Assembly (NCBI GenBank): GCA_964252035.1
Contig: OZ176200.1
DNA: 64,000 nt
Reading direction: 5' to 3' (one strand)
Source: Podarcis erhardii
Taxonomy: Eukaryota
Position 1 is the stretch's first letter. Every line of letters begins with the position of its first letter. A program made the position numbers and the translations under genes. Shown here piece by piece: positions 49,101-61,100 of this stretch. The notes under the pieces were generated by a model. The model saw only the letters and a program-made list of their open reading frames with translations. It made no database searches and had not been told where the DNA came from.

Positions 49101-52100
49101 AGGCACACACCAGTTTTTAATGTTTTAAGTATCTTCTTTCCTAACATATTAATTCTCTTTTACAGAAGCACCAACTATTGTTATTGATCCTACTGTCAAA
49201 GAAGGCCTGACTGTTAAGGCAGGAGACACCATCACAATGTCTGCTATTAGCATCCGTGGCAAGCCACTTCCAACTTCAGTGTGGTCTAAAGGAGGCAAAG
49301 ATTTCAAGCTTTCAGAGACTGTCCATATTGAATCAACTCCAACTTCTTCCACGCTTTCTGTCAAGTATGCCGCTAGAAAAGATTCTGGTGAATATACGAT
49401 CACTGCAACCAATCCTTTTGGTACTAAAGAAGAACACGTACATGTAAAAGTTTTAGATGTACCAGGCCCACCTGGACCAGTTGAAGTGAGCAATGTTTCA
49501 GCTGAAAAGGCTACTCTCACATGGACACCACCAACAGAAGATGGCGGGTCACCAATCAAGTCTTATGTACTTGAAAAGAGAGAAACTAGCCGCCTTCTAT
49601 GGACTCAAGTTGCTGAAGACATTCAGTCTTGTAGGCATGTTGTGACTAAGCTTATTCAAGGAAATGAGTACCTTTTCCGTGTTTCTGCTGTGAATCAGTA
49701 TGGCAAAGGAGAACCATCTCAATCAGAGCCAGTTAAAATGGTGGATAGATTTGGTAAGCAAAACTAGTCAAAAGGTATATGAATTTACTGCTGTATATAT
49801 ATATAAAAACATTTATGTGTTTATCAAAACCTGTTTTCCTCCTTTTAGGGCCTCCTGGTCCACCTGGTAAACCAGAAGTATCAAATATTACGAAAAACAC
49901 TGTTACTGTAACCTGGAAAAGGCCAACTGATGACGGTGGCAGTGAAATCACAGGCTACCATGTGGAAAGAAGAGAAAGAAAAGGCGTGAGATGGGTCAGA
50001 GTTACAAAGAAACCAGTATCAGACCTTCGATGCAAAGTGACTGGACTCCTAGAAGGAAATGAATATGAATTCCGTGTCAGTGCAGAAAACAGGGCAGGAA
50101 TTGGGCCACCAAGTGATATTTCTCAACCAGTATTAACCAAGGATGCTGCATGTTAGTATGATTTCTATACTTTGGGGGGGGGATCCCTTTATAGCATGAT
50201 TATCTATAAGGATTCCAATCAAAGTAAAATTTGTTGCCTTTTTTCATTATTTATAGATCCACCGGGACCGCCTTCTAACCCACGAGTAACTGATACAACA
50301 AAGACAACTGCTAGCCTAGCATGGGGTAAACCTCACTATGATGGCGGACTTGATATAATCGGCTATATTGTGGAGCACCAAAAAGAAGGAGAAGAAACAT
50401 GGGTGAAAGATACCACGGGGACTGCTCTAAGAATCACAGAATTTGTGGTTGCTAATCTCCAGCCAGGCGCCAAATACAATTTTAGAATTATTGCCCTCAA
50501 TGCTGCTGGCGCTGGTGAACCAGCAACGATAAAAGATGTTGAAATCAGGGAACGTGAAGTAGCTCCTGATTTTGAATTAGACGCCGAGCTGAGGAAAACT
50601 CTTGTTGTTAGAGCTGGACTGACCATTCGGGTATTTGTTCCAATTAAAGGACGCCCAGTTCCTGAAATCACATGGACCAAGGATGATATTTCACTTAAAG
50701 GACGTGCCAGTATTGAAAATACAGACTCTTTCACACTTCTCATTGTCACAGAATGCAATAGATACGATGCAGGAAAGTATGTCATGACCCTTGAAAATGC
50801 TGCTGGCAAGAAGACTGGTTTTGTAAATGTAAAAGTCTTGGATACACCAGGGCCACCAATAAATCTCAAGCCCAGAGACATATCTAAAGATACCATCACC
50901 CTACAATGGGATATGCCTCTAATTGATGGTGGTTCACGCATAACAAATTATATAGTTGAAAAACGTGAGTCAACACGAAAGGCATATTCAACCATCACAA
51001 CTAAGTGCCCAAAATGTTCACTTAGGATTCCTAATTTGGCTGAAGGGTGTGAATATTACTTCAGAGTATTTGCTGAAAACGAATTTGGAATTGGTGAACC
51101 TGCCGAAACTGCTGAACCTGTAAGAGCGTCAGAGGCACCATCACCACCAGAGAGCCTTAATATCATGGATATCACAAGGAAGACAGTCAGCCTTGCTTGG
51201 CCAAAGCCCGAACATGATGGTGGTAGCAAGATTACTGGCTATGTTATTGAAGCCCAGAAAAAAGGTTCAACTCAGTGGACACATATCACAACTGTGAAAA
51301 CATTAGAATGTGTGGTAAAGAATCTGACTGAAAATGAAGAATATACTTTCCAGGTTATGGCAGTTAATAGTGCTGGAAGAAGTGATCCAAGAGAAAGCAG
51401 ACCAGTTGTCGTTAAAGAGCAAATGATGCTTCCAGAATTTGATTTGCGTGGCATTTACCAGAAAACAGTAATTGCCAGAGCTGGTGACAATATCAAAGTT
51501 GAAATACCTGTGCTTGGTCGCCCAAGGCCAACTATTACTTGGAAAAAAGAAGACCAGTTAATTAAACAAACTCAAAGAGTAAACTTTGAACATACTGCTT
51601 CTGCAACCATCTTAACCATTAATGAATGCACTAGAAACGATAGCGGCAGATACCCAATCTCAGCTAAAAATATTGTTGGTGAAGTTAGCGATGTTATAAC
51701 TATACAGGTGCATGATGTTCCAGGACCTCCCACAGGGCCAATCAAATTTGAAGAAGTTTCATCCGACTATGTCACCTTCTCATGGGAACCTCCACTGAAT
51801 GATGGAGGGGTGCCAATAAGTAACTATGTTGTAGAAATGCGTAAAACCGACAGTACTGCATGGGCTGAGTTAGCAACTACTGTTATACGTACTACTTTTA
51901 AAGCTGCTCGCCTCACTACTGGGACAGAGTACCAATTCCGTGTTAAAGCTCAGAACAGATATGGTTCAGGACCATCTATCAGTTCAGAGAATGTAATTGC
52001 TAACTATCCTTTTAAAGTTCCTGGTCCTCCAGGCACTCCTCAAGTGATTGCAGTCACAAAAGATGCAATTAGCATTAGCTGGCATGAGCCTCTGACAGAT

Positions 52101-55100
52101 GGAGGAAGCCCCATTTTGGGATATCACATTGAGCAAAAAGAACGAAATAGCATTCTTTGGCAGACCGTAAGTAAAGCTTTGATATCAGTAAATACCTTCA
52201 AATCAAGTGGTCTTACATCTGGCCTTGCCTATGAATTCCGAGTCATAGCAGAAAATATGGCAGGCAAGAGTAAACCAAGCAAGCCATCTGAGCCAGCATT
52301 GGCCCTGGACCCTATTGATCCTCCTGGGAAGCCAGTTCCTCTCAATATTACAAGACATGCAGTAGCACTTAAGTGGAAAAAACCTGAATATAATGGAGGT
52401 TTTAAGATAACTGGCTATACTGTTGAAAAAAGAGATCTTCCTAATGGCCGATGGCTAAAGGCTAACTTCGGCAATATACTAGAAACTGAGTTCACTGTTA
52501 GTGGTCTCACAGAAGATGCTGCTTATGAATTCCGTGTGATTGCTAGAAACGCGGCCGGTGCTGTTAGCCACCCATCCGAACCATCAGATGCAATAACGTG
52601 CAGAGATGAGATTGAAGCACCAAGGATCATGGTTGATGCTAAATACAAAGACACTTTGATATTAAAAGCAGGTGAAATTTTCAAACTTGAAGCTGACGTT
52701 TCAGGTCGCCCTCCACCAACTCTGACATGGACGAAAGAAGGAAAGGAGCTTGAAGACACAGCAAAATTAGAAATTAAAATAGCTGATTTCTCAACTGTTC
52801 TTCATAATAAGGACTCTATAAGAAGAGATGGAGGTGCCTACACACTTACAGCCTCCAATCCAGGTGGCTTTGCAAAGCATATTTTCAATGTCAAAGTACT
52901 AGATAGACCTGGTCCTCCAGAAGGGCCTTTGGCTGTGTCTGATGTTACCATAGAAAAGTGTGTCCTGTCATGGTTACCACCTTTGGATGATGGAGGCGCA
53001 AGCATTGACCATTATGTTGTTGAGAAACGTGAGACTAGCAGATTGGCATGGACAACTGTAGCCACAGAAGTTCCAGTAACAAAATTAAAGGTCACAAAGC
53101 TATTGAAAGGCAATGAATATATCTTCCGTGTTATGGCTGTTAACAAATACGGCGTTGGCGAACCCCTGGAATCAGAGCCTGTTCTTGCAGTAAATCCTTA
53201 TGTAGTACCTGATCCACCGAAGACACCTGAAGTTACAGCTGCAACCAAAGATTCTATGATTGTGTGCTGGGGACACCCTGATTCTGATGGTGGAAGCCCT
53301 ATAATCAATTATATTGTAGAACGTCGTGACAGAGCTGGACTACGCTGGGTGAAATGTAACAAGCGGGTTGTCACAGATTTGCGCTATAAAGTATCTGGAC
53401 TCACAGAAGGTCATGAATATGAATACCGAGTGAAAGCTGAAAACGCTGCTGGTGTAAGTGAACCAAGTCTAAGCAGTCCATTCTACAAAGCTGCTGATAC
53501 TGTATTTAAGCCAGGTCCACCAGGTAATCCTCGTGTATTAGACACAAGCAAGTCCTCAATTACAATTGCTTGGAATAAGCCAATATATGATGGTGGCTCA
53601 GAAATCACAGGCTACATGGTTGAAACAGCATTACCTGACGAAGATGAGTGGAAAATTGTAACTCCACCAGCAGGGCTGAAGGCGACTTCCTTTACCATCA
53701 CTAATCTAAAAGAAAACCAGGAATATAAAATCAGAATATATGCTATGAACTCTGAAGGCATTGGAGAGCCTGCTCTTGTTCCTGGGACACCAAAAGCTGA
53801 AGAAAGGATACTGCCTCCTGAGATTGAACTTGATGCAGACCTACGTAAAGTTGTGACCCTCAGAGCTTGCTGTACTTTAAGACTCTTCGTCCCAATTAAA
53901 GGAAGACCAGTGCCTGAAGTGAAATGGTCAAGAGAACATGGAGAGTCTTTAGACAAAGCCACTATTGAATCCACAAGCTCTTATACACTACTTACAGTTG
54001 GAAATGTGAATAGATTTGACAGTGGCAAATATATACTGACTGTAGAAAACAGCTCAGGCAGTAAATCAGCATTTGTAATTGTAAGGGTTCTTGATACACC
54101 TGGCGCCCCACAGAATCTGAAGATAAAAGAGGTTACAAAGTCATCTGTGACTCTCACGTGGGACCCTCCCCTCATAGATGGTGGCTCTAAAATTAAAAAT
54201 TATATTATTGAAAAACGTGAGGCAACAAGAAAAGCATATTCAACAGTTATGGCCAATTGCCATAAGACCAGCTGGAAAGTGGACAATCTACAGGAAGGTT
54301 GCAACTATTATTTCAGAGTTCTAGCTGAAAATGAATATGGAATAGGGCTTCCTGTTGAAACATCAGACTCTATTAAGGCATCTGAAAGGCCTCTTCCTCC
54401 AGGAAAAATAACTATATTAGATGTGACACGAAAGAGTGTATCTTTGTCTTGGGAAAAACCTGAACATGATGGAGGAAGCAGAATTTTGGGCTACATTGTA
54501 GAAATGCAAAGCAAAGGCAGTGAGAAATGGGCCACATGCACTACTGTAAAAGTTACTGAAGCTGTTATAACTGGACTGATCCAGGGTGAAGAATATTCTT
54601 TCCGTGTTTCAGCTCAGAATGAAAAAGGAATCAGTGATCCTCGACAATTGAGTGTACCAGTTATTGCGAAAGATCTTGTGATACCACCAGCCTTCAAACT
54701 GTTATTCACTACCTTCAGTGTACTAGCAGGTGAAGACTTAAAGGTTGATGTTCCATTTGTTGGTCGACCCAAGCCATCTGTAACGTGGCTCAAAGATGAT
54801 GTGCCACTGAGGCAAACTACTAGAGTAAACGAAGAAAATACAGACAACAACACTTTGCTAACAATAAAAGAAGCATGTAGAGAAGATGTTGGACAATATT
54901 TAGTAAAACTTTCTAACTCTGCTGGGGAAGCTACTGAAATTCTTAACATTGTTGTCCTTGACAAGCCAGGACCTCCAACTGGACCAGTGAAGATTGAAGA
55001 TGTAACAGCAGACAATATTACCATTTCCTGGGGACCACCCAAATATGATGGTGGCAGTTCTATCAACAATTATATTGTGGAAAAACGAGACACCTCCACT

Positions 55101-58100
55101 ACTACTTGGCAGATTGTTTCAGCTACCGTTGCCCGAACAACTCTAAAAGCAGCTAGATTAAAGACTGGAAGTGAATATCAATTCAGAATTGCTGCTGAAA
55201 ACAGATATGGAAAGAGTACATATCTCACATCAGAGTCTGTGGTAGCCCAGTATCCATACAAACTACCTGGGCCTCCTGGAACTCCTTTTGTACCAAAAGT
55301 CTCCAGGGATAGTATGGTTGTACACTGGAATGAACCAGTCAATGATGGTGGCAGCAAGATTATTGGTTATCATTTGGAGCGCAAGGAAAGAAACAGCATA
55401 CTCTGGGTTAAACTGAACAAAGCGGCAATTCCTGACACTAACTTTAAAACAACCGGACTTGAGGAAGGCCTTGAATATGAATTCAGAGTTTATGCAGAAA
55501 ATATAGTTGGTATCGGCAAAGCAAGTAAAGGTTCAGAATGCTACAAAGCTTATGATCCTTGTGATCCTCCTGGTCGTCCAGAGCCTATCATCGTCACAAG
55601 GAACTCTGTTACTCTTCAGTGGAAGAAACCAGCATATGATGGCGGAAGCAAGATCACCGGCTACATAGTTGAGAAGAAGGAGCTACCTGAAGGCCGCTGG
55701 ATGAAAGCAAGTTTTACAAATGTTATTGAGACCCAGTTTGCAGTAACTGGCCTAGTTGAAGATCAAAGGTATGAGTTCCGTGTCATTGCGCGCAACGCTG
55801 CAGGCGTTTTCAGTGAGCCATCTGAAAGCTCGGGGGCAGTCACAGCAAGAGATGAAGTAGAGCCACCCCGCATAAGTATGGACCCCAAATTTAAAGAAAC
55901 CCTTGTACTGCATGCTGGCGAATCGTTCAAGATTGACGCAGACGTTCATGGTAAGCCGCTGCCTTCTATTCAGTGGCTAAAAGGCGACAAGGAACTAGTG
56001 AATACTGCACGCTTGGATATAAAAACGACAGACTTTGCCACAAGCCTAAGCGTCAAAGAAGCCATTCGCGTTGACAGTGGGCATTATGTATTGCTGGCCA
56101 AGAATGCTGCAGGTGAAAAGACAGCTTCCATTCATGTTAAGGTTCTTGACAAACCTGGCCCACCTGAAGGTCCGGTTGTTGTAACTGGAGTTACTGCTGA
56201 AAAGTGTTACCTGGCATGGAAACCCCCATTGCAAGATGGTGGTAGTGACATTTCCCATTATGTAATTGAAAGAAGAGAAACAAGCCGCTTAGTCTGGACT
56301 TTAGTTGATGGCAATGTACAAACCCTTAGTTACAAAGTTACTAAACTTTTGGAAGGCAACGAATATATCTTCCGCATCATGGCTGTAAACAAATATGGGG
56401 TTGGGGAGCCTCTTGAATCTGAGCCTGTAATGGCTAAAAATCCATTTGTAGTGCCACTTCCACCAAAGGCCCCAGAGGTCTCGGCTGTTACCAAGGATTC
56501 TATGATTGTCGTATGGGAAAGACCACCCTCTGATGGTGGCAGTGAAATTTTGGGTTATGTACTAGAAAAACGTGATAAAGAAGGCATTCGGTGGACAAGA
56601 TGTAACAAGCGTTTGATAAGTGAACTTCGATACCGAGTTACTGGACTTATAGAAAATCATAATTATGAATACAGAGTCTCGGCTGAAAATGCAGCTGGCC
56701 TCAGTGAGCCAAGCCTACCTTCTGTTTATCATAAGGCTTGTGACCCTATATACAAACCAGGTCCTCCCAACAATCCTAAAGCAATAGATGTTACAAGATC
56801 TTCAGTTTTCCTCTCCTGGAGTAAACCAATCTATGATGGTGGCTCAGAAATCCAAGGATACATTGTTGAAAAATGTGATGTGAGTGTTGGGGACTGGGCA
56901 ATTTGTACACCACCAACTGGAATTAAGAAAACAAATATGGAAGTAGAAAAATTGCAGGAGAAGCATGAATATAAATTCCGCATTTGTGCTGTTAACAAAG
57001 CAGGAGTAGGAGAGCATGCCGACGTTCCTGGGACTATTGTGGTCGAAGAAAAGCTGGAAGCTCCAGACCTTGATCTTGACTTGGAACTGAGGAAGGTTAT
57101 CAATGTAAGAGCTGGCGGCTCCTTAAGATTATTTGTTCCAATCAGAGGACGCCCAACACCCGAAGTAAAATGGAGCAAGGTGGATGGTGACATCAGAGAG
57201 GCAGCTGTTATTGACATCACTAGCAGCTTTACCTCGCTGGTTCTCGACAACGTTAACAGATTTGATTCTGGAAAATACACTCTTACTTTAGAAAACAGTG
57301 GTGGAACTAAGTCTGCCTTTGTCAGTGTAAGAGTCCTAGATACCCCAGGCCCCCCAGTGAACCTGAAAATTAAGGAAATCACCAAAGACTCAGTATCACT
57401 TGCCTGGGAACCTCCTTCGATAGACGGTGGAGCTAAAATTAAAAATTATATAATAGAAAAACGTGAAGCCACAAGGAAAGCCTATGCTGCTGTTGTAACA
57501 AACTGCCACAAGACATCGTGGAAAGTGGCTCAACTTCAGGAGGGCTGCTATTATTACTTCAGAGTTTGCGCAGAGAATGAATTTGGAATTGGCCTGCCTG
57601 CAGAAACAAGTGACCCAGTTAAAGTTGCTGAAGTTCCTCAACCTCCAGGAAAGATAACAGTGGACGATGTGACAAGAAACAGCGTTTCATTAAGCTGGGC
57701 TAAGCCTGAACATGATGGTGGAAGCAAAATTTTGCAATACATAGTGGAAATGCAAGTTAAGGGCAGCGAAAAATGGTCAGAATGTACGCGTGTGAAAGTT
57801 CTTGAAGCACTTGTTACTAACTTATCTCAAGGACAAGATTATCTATTCAGGGTAATGGCTGTAAATGAAAAGGGTAGGAGTGATCCACGGTCCCTTGCTG
57901 TTCCAATAACAGCCAAAGATTTAGTTATTGAACCAGATGTACGACCAGCATTCCACAGTTACAGTATACAAGTGGGACAAGACCTAAAGGTGGAAATACC
58001 AATATCTGGTCGACCTACACCTACTATTACTTGGACCAAAGATGGCATGCCATTAAAACAGACAACTAGAGTTAATGTCATCGATTCACCTAAACTTACT

Positions 58101-61100
58101 GTGCTGAGTATTAAAGAGGTCACTAAAGAAGACAGCGGGGCGTATGAAATTGCAGTTGCTAATGTTGTTGGACAGAAATCTGCAGCTGTTGAAATTATAA
58201 CACTAGACAAGCCTGATCCTCCAAAAGGCCCTGTTAAATTTGATGAAATTAGTGCTGAAAGTATTACATTATCATGGAACCCTCCACTATATACAGGTGG
58301 CTGCCAAATCACCAACTACATTGTTCATAAGAGAGATACAACCACCACCGTATGGGAAACAGTTTCAGCTACTGTTGCAAGAACTACTCTCAAGGTGATG
58401 AAGCTCAAAACTGGATCAGAATATCAGTTCAGAATATTTGCTGAAAATAGATACGGGCAGAGCTTTGCCCTGGAGTCTGACACGGTTGTTGCTCAGTATC
58501 CCTATAAAGAACCAGGTCCTCCTGGCACACCATTTGTGACAACAGTTACAAAGGACTCTATGGTTGTGCAATGGCATGAACCAGTAAATGATGGTGGAAG
58601 TAAAATTTTAGGTTATCATCTTGAAAGAAAGGAAAGAAACAGCATTTTGTGGACAAAGGTAAACAAGACAGTTATTCAAGACACACATTACAAAACATCT
58701 AACCTTGAAGAAGGCATTGAGTATGAATTTAGAGTGGCTGCAGAAAATATTGTTGGTGTTGGCAAAGCAAGCAAAGCTTCTGAGTGTTATGTAGCACGTG
58801 ACCCCTGTGATCCTCCGGGATGCCCTGAAGCTATTATTGTTAAAAGAAGTTCAATTACTCTGCAATGGACAAAGCCAGAATATGATGGTGGCAGCAAAAT
58901 TACAGGCTACGTAGTAGAGAAACGTGATTTGCCTGAAGGTCGTTGGATGAAAGCAAGCTTCACCAATATAACTGAAACTCAGTTTACCGTAACAGGCCTT
59001 ACTGAAGACCAACGATATGAATTTAGAGTCATTGCAAGGAACGCTGCTGGAGCAGTAAGCAAGCCATCTGATAGTACAGGACCAATAACAGCAAAAGATG
59101 AAGTTGAGCTTCCAAGAATTTCCATGGATCCCAAATACAAAGATGCAATTGTTGTAAACGCTGGAGAAACATTCAGACTTGAGGCTGATGTCCATGGGAA
59201 GCCAATTCCCACTATTCTGTGGTTGAAAGGAGATAAAGTACTTGAAGATACTGCCCGATGTGAAGTAAGGAATACAGACTTTAAGGCCTTGATTACTGTT
59301 AAAGATGCCATCCGTGTTGATGGTGGGCAATATATTTTGCAGGCCTCTAATGTTGCAGGAACAAAATCAGTACCAATAACAGTGAAAGTACTGGACAGAC
59401 CAGGACCTCCAGAGAGTATTCAAGTTTCTGGAGTTACTGCTGACAAGTGTTCCTTAACATGGGCGCAACCAATCCATGATGGTGGCAGTGACATTTCTCA
59501 CTACATAGTTGAGAAGAGAGAAACAAGTCGCCTTGCATGGACAGTTGTTGCTTCAGATGCTGTAGCCACAATGCTGAAAGTAACAAAACTTCTGGAAGGA
59601 AATGAGTATATCTTCCGTATAATGGCAGTTAATAAATATGGAGTTGGGGAGCCTCTGGAGTCTGCACCAGTATTAATGAAAAACCCATTTGTTGTTCCTG
59701 GTCCACCAAAATCCATTGAAGTAACCAACATTACAAAGGATTCCATGACCATCTGCTGGCATCGTCCAGATAGTGATGGTGGCAGTGAAATAGTTAACTA
59801 CATTGTCGAAAAAAGGGACAGAGCTGGTATCAGATGGGTGAAATGTAACAAACGCCGAATTACAGACCTGCGATTAAGAGTCACAGGATTAGCAGAAGAT
59901 CATGAATATGAATTTAGAGTATCCGCTGAAAATGCTGCTGGAGTTGGTGAGCCAAGCCAAATCACTCCCTTTTGGAAAGCATGTGACCCTATGTTCAAAC
60001 CTGGCCCACCCACTAATGCTCATGCTGTGGATACTACCAAGAATTCAATTACAGTAGCATGGGGTAAGCCTATTTATGATGGCGGCAGTGAGATCCTGGG
60101 ATATATTGTAGAAATCTGCAAAGCTGATGAAGAAGAATGGACAATAGTTACCCCACAGACTGGTCTGAGAGTCAATCGCTTTGAGATCAAGAAACTCATT
60201 GAACATCAAGAATACAAACTTAGAGTTTGTGCTCTTAACAAAATTGGAGTAGGTGAAGCTGCAGCAGTTCCTGGCACAGTTAAACCAGAAGATAAACTTG
60301 AGCCGCCTGAACTTGATATTGACTCTGAATTAAGGAAGGGAATTGTGGTTAGAGCTGGTGGATCTGTCAGGATAAACATACCTTTCAAAGGACGCCCAAC
60401 TCCTGAAATCATGTGGTCTCGAGAAGAAGGAGAATTTACAGATAAGGTTCAAATTGAAAAGGGCCTGAATTACACACAGTTATCCATTGATTACTGTGAT
60501 AGAAATGATGCTGGAAAATATATCCTTAAACTGGAGAACAGCAGTGGCTCTAAGTCTGCATTTGTCACAGTTAAAGTACTTGACACACCGGGACCACCGC
60601 AAAATTTAGTAGTCAAAGAAATAAGGAAAAATTATGCTGTACTGACATGGGAGCCTCCAGCTAATGATGGTGGGGCAAAGATAAAGAACTATGTGATTGA
60701 TAAACGTGAATCAACCAGAAAAGCATATGCAAATGTGAGCACAAAGTGCAGCAAAACAAGTTTTAGAGTTGATAACCTTATTGAAGGGGCAATTTATTAT
60801 TTCAGAGTAATGGCTGAAAATGAATATGGAATTGGTGTTCCAGTTGAAACTGCAGATGCCTCAAAAGCTTCAGAACCACCTTTGCCTCCTGGAAAAGTGA
60901 CTCTCACTGATGTGACTCAGAGAAGCGCATCATTTATGTGGGAAAAGCCTGAACATGATGGAGGTAGCAGAATTGTGGGGTACGTTGTTGAAATGCAGCC
61001 AAAAGGAACTGATAAATGGAGTGTTGTTACTGAAACCAAAGTCTGTAATGCAGTTGTGTCTGGTTTGAGTTCTGGACATGAATATCAATTCCGTGTCATG

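Noticed and set aside
2830-50156. Track ORFs with hydrophobic N- or C-terminal tails around Ig and Fn3 domains
   Set aside because: Exon frames read through into flanking introns, often from TTG or GTG starts; they are not separate small genes or signal peptides.
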